In this document: positions 1 to 8,766 of the stretch, in pieces
Position numbering within the stretch: position 1 is the stretch's first letter
Layout of the letters: the number at the start of each line of letters is the position of its first letter
Source: an uncultured virus (IMG/VR IMGVR_UViG_3300001528_000811)
Lineage: Duplodnaviria; Heunggongvirae; Uroviricota; Caudoviricetes
IMG/VR virus record: IMGVR_UViG_3300001528_000811
Direction: 5' to 3' (one strand)
DNA length: 20,000 bases
Position numbers and translations under genes: made by a program
The notes under the pieces: generated by a model
The model's database searches: none
The model's input: only the letters and a program-made list of their open reading frames with translations
What the model was told of the DNA's origin: nothing

Positions 1-2
1 TT

Positions 3-2279
3 TATATATTGCAGCAATTTATAACAAATACATTTACCATAAAAAATGAATTAAAAGAAAATTATTACAATGATAATTTCTTAAATTCAGATTTAATAAT
101 TATGAATCAAGCATTTGATATTTTAAGAAATAGTAGAAAGAAAAATCCCAAAATATCAAATATTAGATATTCTTTAGTAAATACTTTTAACAATATTACA
201 TCATCTCAAATAACATCAAGTGATATATTATCTATAAGAATACCAGATATTGATATGTTACGAAATTATAAAAATAAATTAAAAAATGCAAAAATAAAGA
301 ATATAGAAAATTACGATTTAATAGAAAACAGAATTTTTGAATTAATAAATGATTATATTACAGATTTTGTTTATGAATTAAAAAGTAATGATTTACAGAG
401 ATTAGGTATTAGGCAATCTTCGGACAAATCTAATTATGAGTCTACAGAGTGTGAAGTTATTGGAAATGATGTTAATGACCATTTATCAATTTTTATAAAT
501 GAAAAATCTTTTTATGATGCTTTAAAAAATTTTATAATAGAATATATAAAAATATTCTCTGAAGATGAATTTGATAAGAACTTAATATTATCTAATTTAT
601 ATACATCAGACAATAGATTTATGAAACCTTTAATAATATTAATAAATGGTTATATATCTTTGGGTATCTATGAAAACTGGGCATTCATTAGAAATATGTC
701 AGAAGATGAAAGAGCATTTGTTTATAAGAGTAAACAAACAATGTTAACTTATAATGATGACGATAATGAGGAAGAAGAAAATAATGATGTATATTATGGT
801 ATAACAGAGAAACAGCTTTTAAGACAATTTGAAGAACAATATTTAGATATAGCAAAAGTATGCAATAATATAGGTTCAAATTCTCAATATTACTATCTGG
901 ATAAAATAAAAACATTTATGTTAACAAATGATTGTTCAACATTAGCCGTATTGGAATTAATTATAAAGCTTTTTAGGTGGGGTAATAGAAAACCTAGAAA
1001 TATCTATCTTGAATGGGGAGAGATGCATTATAGTTTAAGAAATAGTTATTTGGATTTATTGGAAATGGACACAATATTTACAGGAAATAGTTTAGCACAA
1101 AAACCAGTAGATTTCACAGATGAATATCAATATAATTTTATTGGCTTTGGAATATCTGAATATAAAGAATTGGTAGAAGGTGTAGAAGCACCGACAAGAC
1201 CTTTATCTAAAGCGGATATCTTATATATGGAACAATTTTTAAATATAGAAATACCTGAAGGATTAAAAAATGGTATTAGATTAAATTCCATAATAACAAG
1301 TTTTCTCTTTAATGAATATTATACTGAATTTGACAAATTAAAAAGTCGATTAATAGCAGTAGACTTATTTGATATAAAACAATTTTTAAATGAACATACA
1401 GCAGCAGGAATTAGGCTAGATAGTTCAAATAATATAGAATTATTTAATTATGAAGATGAAGAAACAGGTATCAATGGAATAAATTATAACAATTTAATTT
1501 TTATTGATACTTTTAATCTTTCTTATTTTTATAAAAGAAATTCTCTGCAAATGTGTAAAATATTTTTTGATAAGACTTTATATAAAACTTATTCAAATGT
1601 TAAAACGGCAGATGAGCAATTTAATTTTACAGCAATAAATTTAATTGATAAAATATTTAATAAAAATTTAATAGTTAATATTTTAATGCCAAAAGAAAAG
1701 ACAAATGAGAATGATTATTTAATATATAAAGAGTTTGGTTATAAAATATTACATTATATAGAACTTTGTAATGATTTAAATATTATTACTAATAATACTA
1801 TAGATACGGCAGAGTCCTATACAAAAATTTATCACAATTTAAAATCATCTATAAAAAATATAGAAGATGAAATAAAATTAAGAATTGAATTAATAAATGA
1901 TGTTTTAAATACCAATTATAAAATAAAGATTAATAAAGAATTAAAAATAGAAGATAATGTGTTACTTGAAAAAATGGAAATTTCGGAAAAAGCAATTTTT
2001 TATTTTACAATTGAAAATGGAGTACACCATTTATATGTAAATTCAGAATTTCCTGATTTACCACAATCTTCAGAATATAAATATTTTACAAATGCAAATG
2101 CAGGGTATAGATTATTAGTAGATAAAGTAAAAAGATTTGAAGAGACCAAACAAACCTTAAAATTATCTAGAGCTTGTTTACAGGGAGTACAGCAAATAAT
2201 AAGTTTTTATGCTAAAATAATAAAAACAGGAGATGTAAAAACTGTTTATGCTGTTCTAGAAAAAAATTATAAGTGTTAG
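3..2279 (+). CDS. Large hypothetical protein (>=756 aa), probably 5'-truncated by the window edge
   Basis: The frame is open from the window start (TAT ATA TTG...) and no RBS precedes the TTG at 9. It ends at TAG 2277-2279 and has an acidic patch (NDDDNEEEENND). No motif recognised. Confidence 0.85.
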   Translation, partial: YILQQFITNTFTIKNELKENYYNDNFLNSDLIIMNQAFDILRNSRKKNPKISNIRYSLVNTFNNITSSQITSSDILSIRIPDIDMLRNYKNKLKNAKIKNIENYDLIENRIFELINDYITDFVYELKSNDLQRLGIRQSSDKSNYESTECEVIGNDVNDHLSIFINEKSFYDALKNFIIEYIKIFSEDEFDKNLILSNLYTSDNRFMKPLIILINGYISLGIYENWAFIRNMSEDERAFVYKSKQTMLTYNDDDNEEEENNDVYYGITEKQLLRQFEEQYLDIAKVCNNIGSNSQYYYLDKIKTFMLTNDCSTLAVLELIIKLFRWGNRKPRNIYLEWGEMHYSLRNSYLDLLEMDTIFTGNSLAQKPVDFTDEYQYNFIGFGISEYKELVEGVEAPTRPLSKADILYMEQFLNIEIPEGLKNGIRLNSIITSFLFNEYYTEFDKLKSRLIAVDLFDIKQFLNEHTAAGIRLDSSNNIELFNYEDEETGINGINYNNLIFIDTFNLSYFYKRNSLQMCKIFFDKTLYKTYSNVKTADEQFNFTAINLIDKIFNKNLIVNILMPKEKTNENDYLIYKEFGYKILHYIELCNDLNIITNNTIDTAESYTKIYHNLKSSIKNIEDEIKLRIELINDVLNTNYKIKINKELKIEDNVLLEKMEISEKAIFYFTIENGVHHLYVNSEFPDLPQSSEYKYFTNANAGYRLLVDKVKRFEETKQTLKLSRACLQGVQQIISFYAKIIKTGDVKTVYAVLEKNYKC

Positions 2280-2342
2280 GTAAACATTTTCAATATTTAA
2301 TATTTAATGTTAAGATTAACTAACTAAACCCTACTATTTTTA

Positions 2343-2433
2343 TTTTTAATATTTAATATTTTTGATATTAGTATTCTTTTTTAATATTTAATATTTTTGA
2401 TATTAGTATTCTTTTTAATATTTAATATTTTGA
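2343..2433 (+). repeat. Tandem repeat, ~2.6 copies of a 34-35 bp unit (TTTTTAATATTTAATATTTTTGATATTAGTATTC)
   Basis: Units at 2343-2376, 2377-2411 and a partial one at 2412-2433. They abut directly with no spacers. Confidence 0.9.
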
Positions 2434-2466
2434 ATCTTTAATTTTTTTAATAGGGAGGTGGATTTA

Positions 2467-4809
2467 TTGATTTTAAATTACGATAAATTAGCAATTAAAG
2501 AATTAGCCATATCAGCATCTAAGTTTTATCAACATGAATTAGATAAAACTTTAAATTTAGAAGATTATATTGAAATTCTTTTAAAAAATGCACAAAAAGG
2601 TGATACTAACTTTATGGGTACCAATACTTTATATAAAAAAGTTGGTAGAAATAGAACAGTGAAAATAGCACCTAATATAAAAGAAATTTCAGATATAATA
2701 GATAGTATATCTGATAAACTAGATGATATAAAAGAGTCTAATTTAAGTTTAGGTAAAAAAATACAAAAGAGAAAAGAATTATTACAAGAAAATATAAAAC
2801 CTATAAAAATAGTAGAATTAAAAGATACAGATAAAATTTGGTGGGGAGATACAATCGATGGTATTAACATTCGATTTGGTTTATTAAATAATGATAGGTC
2901 AAAACCAGCTCTTGTAAATTTTGATAACAATTGTGTACATGGTAATGCAGGAGGAGAAACAGGACAAGGAAAATCTGTAATGGATGATTGTATTTTAATG
3001 TCTTGGATTTATGAATATCCACCTTGGGAATTGAAGATTTATTTTATAGATGCTAAAATGGCGGAGGGTTCTAAATACAATGGAATGTATAAAGTTCCAA
3101 CTATTAAAGATATAGGTATGACAGGTACAGGTAGTTATGCTTCAACTATATATAATTACGTATCAAAAGAAATGACTTTATTATATAGCATAAATTCAAA
3201 ATTAGAAATAAATAGTTTAAAAGCTTTAAGAGGTATGCTTGATATGGCAATACCTCGAACTATTATATTACATGATGAGATGACAGAAACTACTAATAGA
3301 TGTACAAATAAAGAATTAGAAGTTTTAATGAATTCTTTAACAACAATTGTAAATCAAGGTCGAGCAGTAGGAAATCATTTATTTTTAACAACACAAACTT
3401 TCGCAGGAGTATTAAGTAATAAAATACAAGGACAATTTGCTTTAGGTTTAAGTGTAGGAGCTAACCCAGATATTAGTGATAATTTAATAGGTAATGATAG
3501 AGCTACTGGATTAAAAAAGAAAAGAGGTTACTGTATTGTAAATAATAAAAGAAATATTAAAAATAATATAGATTTTAATCTAGAAGCAAAAGTAGCTTTT
3601 TGTCCAACAGGGGATGAAGCTGGTCAGAAGATATTTCTTAATCTCCTAAAAGTTGTGTCTGATTTTGCTGATGAAAAAGGAATTACAGAAAGGTCTACTG
3701 CTTTTAGCGAAGAGTCTTCAACTAACATAAAAAATTTTGATGAAGATTTAAAAGAAGTACAATTAAAAGCTGAAGAACAAATACAGCAATTTAATTTTAA
3801 TAATTTAACCACTTTGTTATTGGGAGATGGTATGGTTTATACAGGTTCTGTAAAAACCTATAAAGAATATTTAATATGGAATTATGAAAAAAAATCTAAC
3901 TTATTTATACATACTTCTAATATATCAAATTTAATTTATATGACAAGAATGGTAGGTAAAGCAATAGATAATTTAAATAAAGATATAACGCACTATGCTA
4001 TAATAGACAAAGCTATGCTATTTAAAGATAATATTATAAATAGTTCTATAAGCAAAGATTATACCGGAGATTTTAATGTTAATAGTTATTTAAAAGATAT
4101 AGAAGTAAGAAAAACTTTTTTACGATATGGGAATATATGCAGAGGAGAAAATAAGAAGTGGAACTTTTTTGATTTTATAGATTATTTAATATCCAAAAAT
4201 TTATTTGAATTTAAGATAGAATTTATAGAATTTAAAAAAACAATTTCAAGTTTAATTCTATTTGAAAAAGCAATCCCAGCTTTAATAGAACTTTGTCAAT
4301 CGAGAAATGTTTTTGAATATAATTTAAATAATAAGTCTTTAAAATATTTTAAAGAACATATAGAATTTTACACTTTAACAATGAGATGGATGATTAGATA
4401 TAATTTAATAAAATCTCGCATAACAAAAGATTATTTAAAACCCGAAGATTTACCTGTAAAAATCTTTTGGTTTTTTGGACCAAGTAATAATGATGGTATA
4501 AAAAATAAATGGGGAGAAATATCAAATGAATTTAATCAATTTTTAATTGAAGGTTCAGAAGTAGGTTTATTTAGTATTTTAATTGTAGATGAATTGGAGA
4601 ACGCTGCTGCAACAGTTAAATGTTGTAAACACTTAATAGCTTCAACTTTACACCCATCTATAGATAAATATAATTTAATTAATTTTAAAGAAAATGAAAA
4701 AATAAAAGGTAAGTTATTTTCTTATACTCAATGTGAGAATACAAATACACCTACAGTATATTTTAAACGTTATTATACCGGAAAAGATTTAACTGTTTTA
4801 AATTTTTAA
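2467..4809 (+). CDS. FtsK/SpoIIIE (EssC/EccC-like) P-loop ATPase with a degenerate second ATPase-like domain
   Basis: Walker A GETGQGKS (2953-2976), FtsK-type 'YPPWELKIYFIDAK' segment, Walker B IILHDE (3262-3279) and arginine-finger motif QGRAVGNHLFLTTQ (~3355-3396). Start reassigned from GTG 2458 to TTG 2467 because GGAGGTG (2454-2460) is a well-spaced RBS for it. Confidence 0.85.
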   Translation: MILNYDKLAIKELAISASKFYQHELDKTLNLEDYIEILLKNAQKGDTNFMGTNTLYKKVGRNRTVKIAPNIKEISDIIDSISDKLDDIKESNLSLGKKIQKRKELLQENIKPIKIVELKDTDKIWWGDTIDGINIRFGLLNNDRSKPALVNFDNNCVHGNAGGETGQGKSVMDDCILMSWIYEYPPWELKIYFIDAKMAEGSKYNGMYKVPTIKDIGMTGTGSYASTIYNYVSKEMTLLYSINSKLEINSLKALRGMLDMAIPRTIILHDEMTETTNRCTNKELEVLMNSLTTIVNQGRAVGNHLFLTTQTFAGVLSNKIQGQFALGLSVGANPDISDNLIGNDRATGLKKKRGYCIVNNKRNIKNNIDFNLEAKVAFCPTGDEAGQKIFLNLLKVVSDFADEKGITERSTAFSEESSTNIKNFDEDLKEVQLKAEEQIQQFNFNNLTTLLLGDGMVYTGSVKTYKEYLIWNYEKKSNLFIHTSNISNLIYMTRMVGKAIDNLNKDITHYAIIDKAMLFKDNIINSSISKDYTGDFNVNSYLKDIEVRKTFLRYGNICRGENKKWNFFDFIDYLISKNLFEFKIEFIEFKKTISSLILFEKAIPALIELCQSRNVFEYNLNNKSLKYFKEHIEFYTLTMRWMIRYNLIKSRITKDYLKPEDLPVKIFWFFGPSNNDGIKNKWGEISNEFNQFLIEGSEVGLFSILIVDELENAAATVKCCKHLIASTLHPSIDKYNLINFKENEKIKGKLFSYTQCENTNTPTVYFKRYYTGKDLTVLNF

Positions 4810-4926
4810 AAGTCGGTATATAAAACTAGATATTTTTAATAATTGTATGTATATAAGATTAGTCAAGAGATATGGGCTATCTTGATTTAATATATTAAAT
4901 TTTAATAAATGAAAGGAGTGCTAAAT

Positions 4927-5622
4927 ATGGCACAGATTTTAGCTTCAGGAAAGAAAATTGATTTTGTAAAAAATGTCACAGAGGAAACACTTAAATTACA
5001 AAGAATATTGCAAGAAGGTATTCTAGATGTAAAGAAAACAGCAAATGAGATTAATCAATCTACATTTGTTAAAACTTACAATGCTTTAGTTGATGGCATA
5101 AATGCTTTCAATGAAGTAACAAATGAGATTTCCACATTACTTGTAAATTCAGCGGATAATTGGAGTTCAGTACCGGGAATAGCACAAGTAGCCAAAGTTG
5201 GGTTTGAAGAAGCATCAGCAGAAGCAAAGAAAATTAAATCAAATATAATTGAGGCAAAAATTATGGAATTGCCAGATGATTTGCATGAGAATGTAACAGA
5301 CGATTTAACAAGAAAATTTACAGATGTTTTAAATGATGTCATGGTACAACCACGTGAATACATTAAAAGAGTGGCAGAAGTTATAAATGATACTTCAACA
5401 GATGATACAAGAAATTTGTACGTTTCTATAGGTGCAGGTATCGAAAGAGTAACAAATGCATTTGTACGCGCATACAATGAGAATAAAGCAGAATTGCAGA
5501 AATGGAATATTGCTTTAGAGAATATTCAGTCTGATACTCAGACTAAAGCAAATACAAGAATTTCTTCTGTAGATAATACAACTTCAGTATTAGAGAAAAA
5601 AGTAAAAGCAGATATACTTTAA
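4927..5622 (+). CDS. Alpha-helical hypothetical protein (~231 aa), possible tandem WXG100-like fold
   Basis: RBS AAGGAG (4913-4918) favours ATG 4927. Amphipathic, Ala-rich and Cys-free, and lies next to the FtsK-like ATPase. No canonical WxG motif, so the fold is an inference. Confidence 0.6.
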   Translation: MAQILASGKKIDFVKNVTEETLKLQRILQEGILDVKKTANEINQSTFVKTYNALVDGINAFNEVTNEISTLLVNSADNWSSVPGIAQVAKVGFEEASAEAKKIKSNIIEAKIMELPDDLHENVTDDLTRKFTDVLNDVMVQPREYIKRVAEVINDTSTDDTRNLYVSIGAGIERVTNAFVRAYNENKAELQKWNIALENIQSDTQTKANTRISSVDNTTSVLEKKVKADIL

Positions 5623-5768
5623 TAAATTTATTATAATACAAATTTAAGTTTATTCTAATATTTAATATTTTCCAATACTCATATTTGCAGTAATCTTATT
5701 TTAATTAAAAAATTAATATTTAAATATTTAATATTTTTGAATATCATATATAGAATTAAATATTTGAA

Positions 5769-5867
5769 TATTTAATATTTTTAATTATTTAATATTTTTA
5801 ATTATTTAATATTTTAATTATTTAATATTTTAATTATTTAAATATTTTAATTATTTAAATATTAAAT
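5769..5867 (+). repeat. Tandem array of ~6 copies of a 16-17 bp unit (TATTTAATATTTT(T)AAT)
   Basis: Units at 5769-5785, 5786-5802, 5803-5818, 5819-5834, 5835-5851 and a degenerate one at 5852-5867. Confidence 0.9.
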
Positions 5868-5913
5868 AAAAAAATTATTCTATTTCAAATAATTTTTTTA
5901 TTTAATATTTAAA
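5854..5913. repeat. Perfect 26-bp inverted repeat with 8-nt loop
   Basis: TTTAAATATTAAATAAAAAAATTATT (5854-5879) pairs with AATAATTTTTTTATTTAATATTTAAA (5888-5913) around the loop CTATTTCA. It ends just before the RBS GAGGAG (5916-5921). Confidence 0.9.
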
Positions 5914-5927
5914 GTGAGGAGATTTAT

Positions 5928-6341
5928 ATGAATAATAAGACATTTAAAAATAAGACATTTTTAAATAAAGTCGCAATGTTAAGGGATAACTTATTTAAGC
6001 GTGGTATTGAATTAACTGATCATCAATTAAATATAATTATTAATACATTGAATTTAACTAAACATTATTATTTATTTGTATATATTAATGAAGAAGATTT
6101 TAACAATAAAATAAATGAGATATGCGAAAAATCAGGAACTGTGATAAAGCAAAATGATTTTAATAAAAGTTTAGAAGATAATTGTTTAGTATATTTATAT
6201 AATAAAACTAGAGGAAATTTTAAAATTATAATTGCTTTACATTTAAATTTTACGACAGAACAAAATTATGATATTTTAAAAGATACGCAATATGCATCTT
6301 TAATAATCGGTAAATGGAGTGAGAATAGTGAAACTTTATAG
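5928..6341 (+). CDS. Hypothetical protein (137 aa), first gene of the replication cluster
   Basis: RBS GAGGAG 5916-5921 and ATG start. It overlaps the next gene. Confidence 0.8.
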   Translation: MNNKTFKNKTFLNKVAMLRDNLFKRGIELTDHQLNIIINTLNLTKHYYLFVYINEEDFNNKINEICEKSGTVIKQNDFNKSLEDNCLVYLYNKTRGNFKIIIALHLNFTTEQNYDILKDTQYASLIIGKWSENSETL

Positions 6342-6981
6342 TGAAGATATAATATTAATAAAAGATTATCTGCAAAAGAATAAAGATGCTAATATAAAAA
6401 TAATTATTTTTGGAGATATAATTATTTCTAAATATAAAGAGATAGATACAATAAAACCTGAATTAAAAACATTTTTTAATTCTGAATTGGAGCTATCTTC
6501 TAAAGATAATTTTTTAATAAAGAAAGAACCTTTATGTTCAGAGATTTTTAATTTTATAGAAGAAATTCCTGATGTATATAATATTTCTAGACTTATAGAG
6601 TATTCTGAGATTTCTTTAATTATTAACGACAATTTAATAAATAGTAGAATAGAATTATTAAGAATAATTATAGAAGATTTTAAAGAAGGTTTAGATGTTA
6701 ATGTATTTAATGTTTATTATAAAATAAATAATATTTATTATAAAGCTTATCTTATTTTAAACACTAATACTTTAGTAAAAGATTATTACTATAGAGATAA
6801 TCAAAATAAAATATTATTATTAATGTCAGATTTAAAAATATTCTTAAGTAAATTTGAAGTTAGATTTATAAAAATAGAACCAAATTTAATTTTTAAAACT
6901 TTAAATGATTTAATAGATACATTTAAAATGTTTGAGAATGAAAATACAATTTTAAAAATAAAAAAAAATAAATACACGTAA
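6328..6981 (+). CDS. Hypothetical protein (~217 aa)
   Basis: The ORF track gives GTG 6319, but GGAGTGA (6316-6322) is better spaced for GTG 6328. No motif recognised. Confidence 0.75.
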   Translation: MKLYSEDIILIKDYLQKNKDANIKIIIFGDIIISKYKEIDTIKPELKTFFNSELELSSKDNFLIKKEPLCSEIFNFIEEIPDVYNISRLIEYSEISLIINDNLINSRIELLRIIIEDFKEGLDVNVFNVYYKINNIYYKAYLILNTNTLVKDYYYRDNQNKILLLMSDLKIFLSKFEVRFIKIEPNLIFKTLNDLIDTFKMFENENTILKIKKNKYT

Positions 6982-6993
6982 AAGAGGTGTCCT

Positions 6994-8766
6994 ATGTTAA
7001 AATATACAAAAACAGATTATGTTCCATCTTTGGAATTTAAAGCTTTAATGAGACGCCATTTAAATTTATATATGGATTATAATAAATTAAAATATGATAT
7101 AATGTATGACAATGGTATCTTAAATAATTTGTTTAAACAGATAAGCAATTATATTGAATTTTTTTCAGATTATAAGATAGAAAAATATACAGCTAATGAG
7201 ATATGTCCATTTTTAGTAAAGTATGAAAAAGTACCAGAAAATTTAATAATGAAGATAGGTAAAAAAGGTCCAATATATTCTTTAGATAAAACAATTAGAG
7301 AAAAATTAAATTCATATAATTATGTACCTGAATTGATGGATTTAATTAATGCTTATACTGAAATAGATACATCTGTGGATATTGGTAGAAGTCTTTTAAG
7401 GGCATTAATAAAAACAGATTTAATTTCAAACTGCGGTGATGAGATTTATTCTGCACCCTTTTCTTATAAAGAGTCTGATACCTTTAGAGTATATACTTCG
7501 GATATATCTGCAACAACTATTCCAATAAAATATGTAAAGCATATAACATCTCCAAAAGATTATTTGTTACTTTGGTGTGATTTTGCACAAATAGATTTGA
7601 GATGTGCTTGGAATATGATTTTACGTTATAATAATGAACAATCTGCAAATATAGATATAAATTCTGACACAATAGATTTTTATAAATTAGTAGCACAAGA
7701 TGTATCATTAACAAATAAAAGAAATTTTTCGGAAGAGAAATTTAAAGAGGATAGACATAAATATAAAAGAATTATATTATCAACTATAAATGGTGCTTCA
7801 GTACAAGCTTTAATAAATGATATAAAAGATAAAGTATTTTCTGAAAATTTATATAATTATATAAATACACAAAATAAAGCATATGTAGAATATAAAGAAA
7901 CAATAAATAATAATATAGCTTCAAAAGTTAATTTTTATATGCAAACTTATTTTGGAACAAAAATGTATATACCTTTTGATGGTTTAGATAAAGATATATG
8001 CACAGCATCTTTAAATAGACCTTTACAGGGAACATCAGCAGATATACAAAAATTAGTAACAGTAGATATTTATAATAAGATGCAATCTTTAATAAATGAC
8101 CCTACTAAATTTTTTCCTATTTTAAATAGGCATGATGAAACTTTATGGTATATACATAAAGAATGTTTGCCTTTTTTAAATGAGTTTAATAGCATGTGTA
8201 AAATACAAATAGATGATTGGGATTTAATTGAATTAGAGTGGGAGATAGGGTATAATTATAAAACACCTATAACTGATATAAAAAATAAGTATATAAATAA
8301 TTCAGAAGAAAAATTTATAAAATCTAATGAAATATTGCCTAAACCTTTTTTACAACCAATACCTTTAGTAACCTTTTATTGTCAAGAAAAAATTGAAGAT
8401 TATAATTTATATATAATTTCTTTAGATTGGGATAATTTAATTTTTGATGTTTACAAAGGTGATACAAATAAAGCAACTGAAAAATTTTTAAATAATTTAT
8501 TCAATAAACATCTTAAAAATAAAGAATTCACTAGATTAATTTTACATGGAAATCGTGAAGGTTATTTAAATTTTAATGATAAAGAAATTATATTCTCTAC
8601 AGAAAATAATAATACAAAATTCTTATATTCATGTAGATATATTATGAATAGATATATAGAAAGAGTACTTAAATTAAAAAAAACATTAGATTTAATCACT
8701 TCAGAAGTTTTTAAATTTACTCACCAGAATAAATATTATTATGAGGAGGGTATACCTTGGAAATAA
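6994..8766 (+). CDS. polA: Divergent family A DNA polymerase (polymerase domain plus C-terminal extension; no N-terminal exonuclease domains)
   Basis: Motif 2 DTFRVYT (cf. TGRLSS), motif A LLWCDFAQIDLR (7567-7602), motif B RHKYKRIILSTING (7753-7794), SLNRPLQGTSADIQK (cf. A.N.PIQG.AADI.K) and motif C NRHDE (HDE at 8131-8139). RBS GAGGTG 6984-6989. Confidence 0.88.
   Translation: MLKYTKTDYVPSLEFKALMRRHLNLYMDYNKLKYDIMYDNGILNNLFKQISNYIEFFSDYKIEKYTANEICPFLVKYEKVPENLIMKIGKKGPIYSLDKTIREKLNSYNYVPELMDLINAYTEIDTSVDIGRSLLRALIKTDLISNCGDEIYSAPFSYKESDTFRVYTSDISATTIPIKYVKHITSPKDYLLLWCDFAQIDLRCAWNMILRYNNEQSANIDINSDTIDFYKLVAQDVSLTNKRNFSEEKFKEDRHKYKRIILSTINGASVQALINDIKDKVFSENLYNYINTQNKAYVEYKETINNNIASKVNFYMQTYFGTKMYIPFDGLDKDICTASLNRPLQGTSADIQKLVTVDIYNKMQSLINDPTKFFPILNRHDETLWYIHKECLPFLNEFNSMCKIQIDDWDLIELEWEIGYNYKTPITDIKNKYINNSEEKFIKSNEILPKPFLQPIPLVTFYCQEKIEDYNLYIISLDWDNLIFDVYKGDTNKATEKFLNNLFNKHLKNKEFTRLILHGNREGYLNFNDKEIIFSTENNNTKFLYSCRYIMNRYIERVLKLKKTLDLITSEVFKFTHQNKYYYEEGIPWK

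Noticed and set aside
2343..2433. 34-35 bp repeats of CRISPR-like length
   Set aside because: The units abut with no unique spacers, and no cas genes are present in the window.
4810..4926. Sigma-A promoter and leader hairpin (4861-4887) upstream of the helical protein; TAGTCAA shared with 11046-11052
   Set aside because: -10-like hexamers are everywhere at this AT content, no convincing -35 is present, the hairpin is imperfect, and a 7-mer seen twice is too weak to call.
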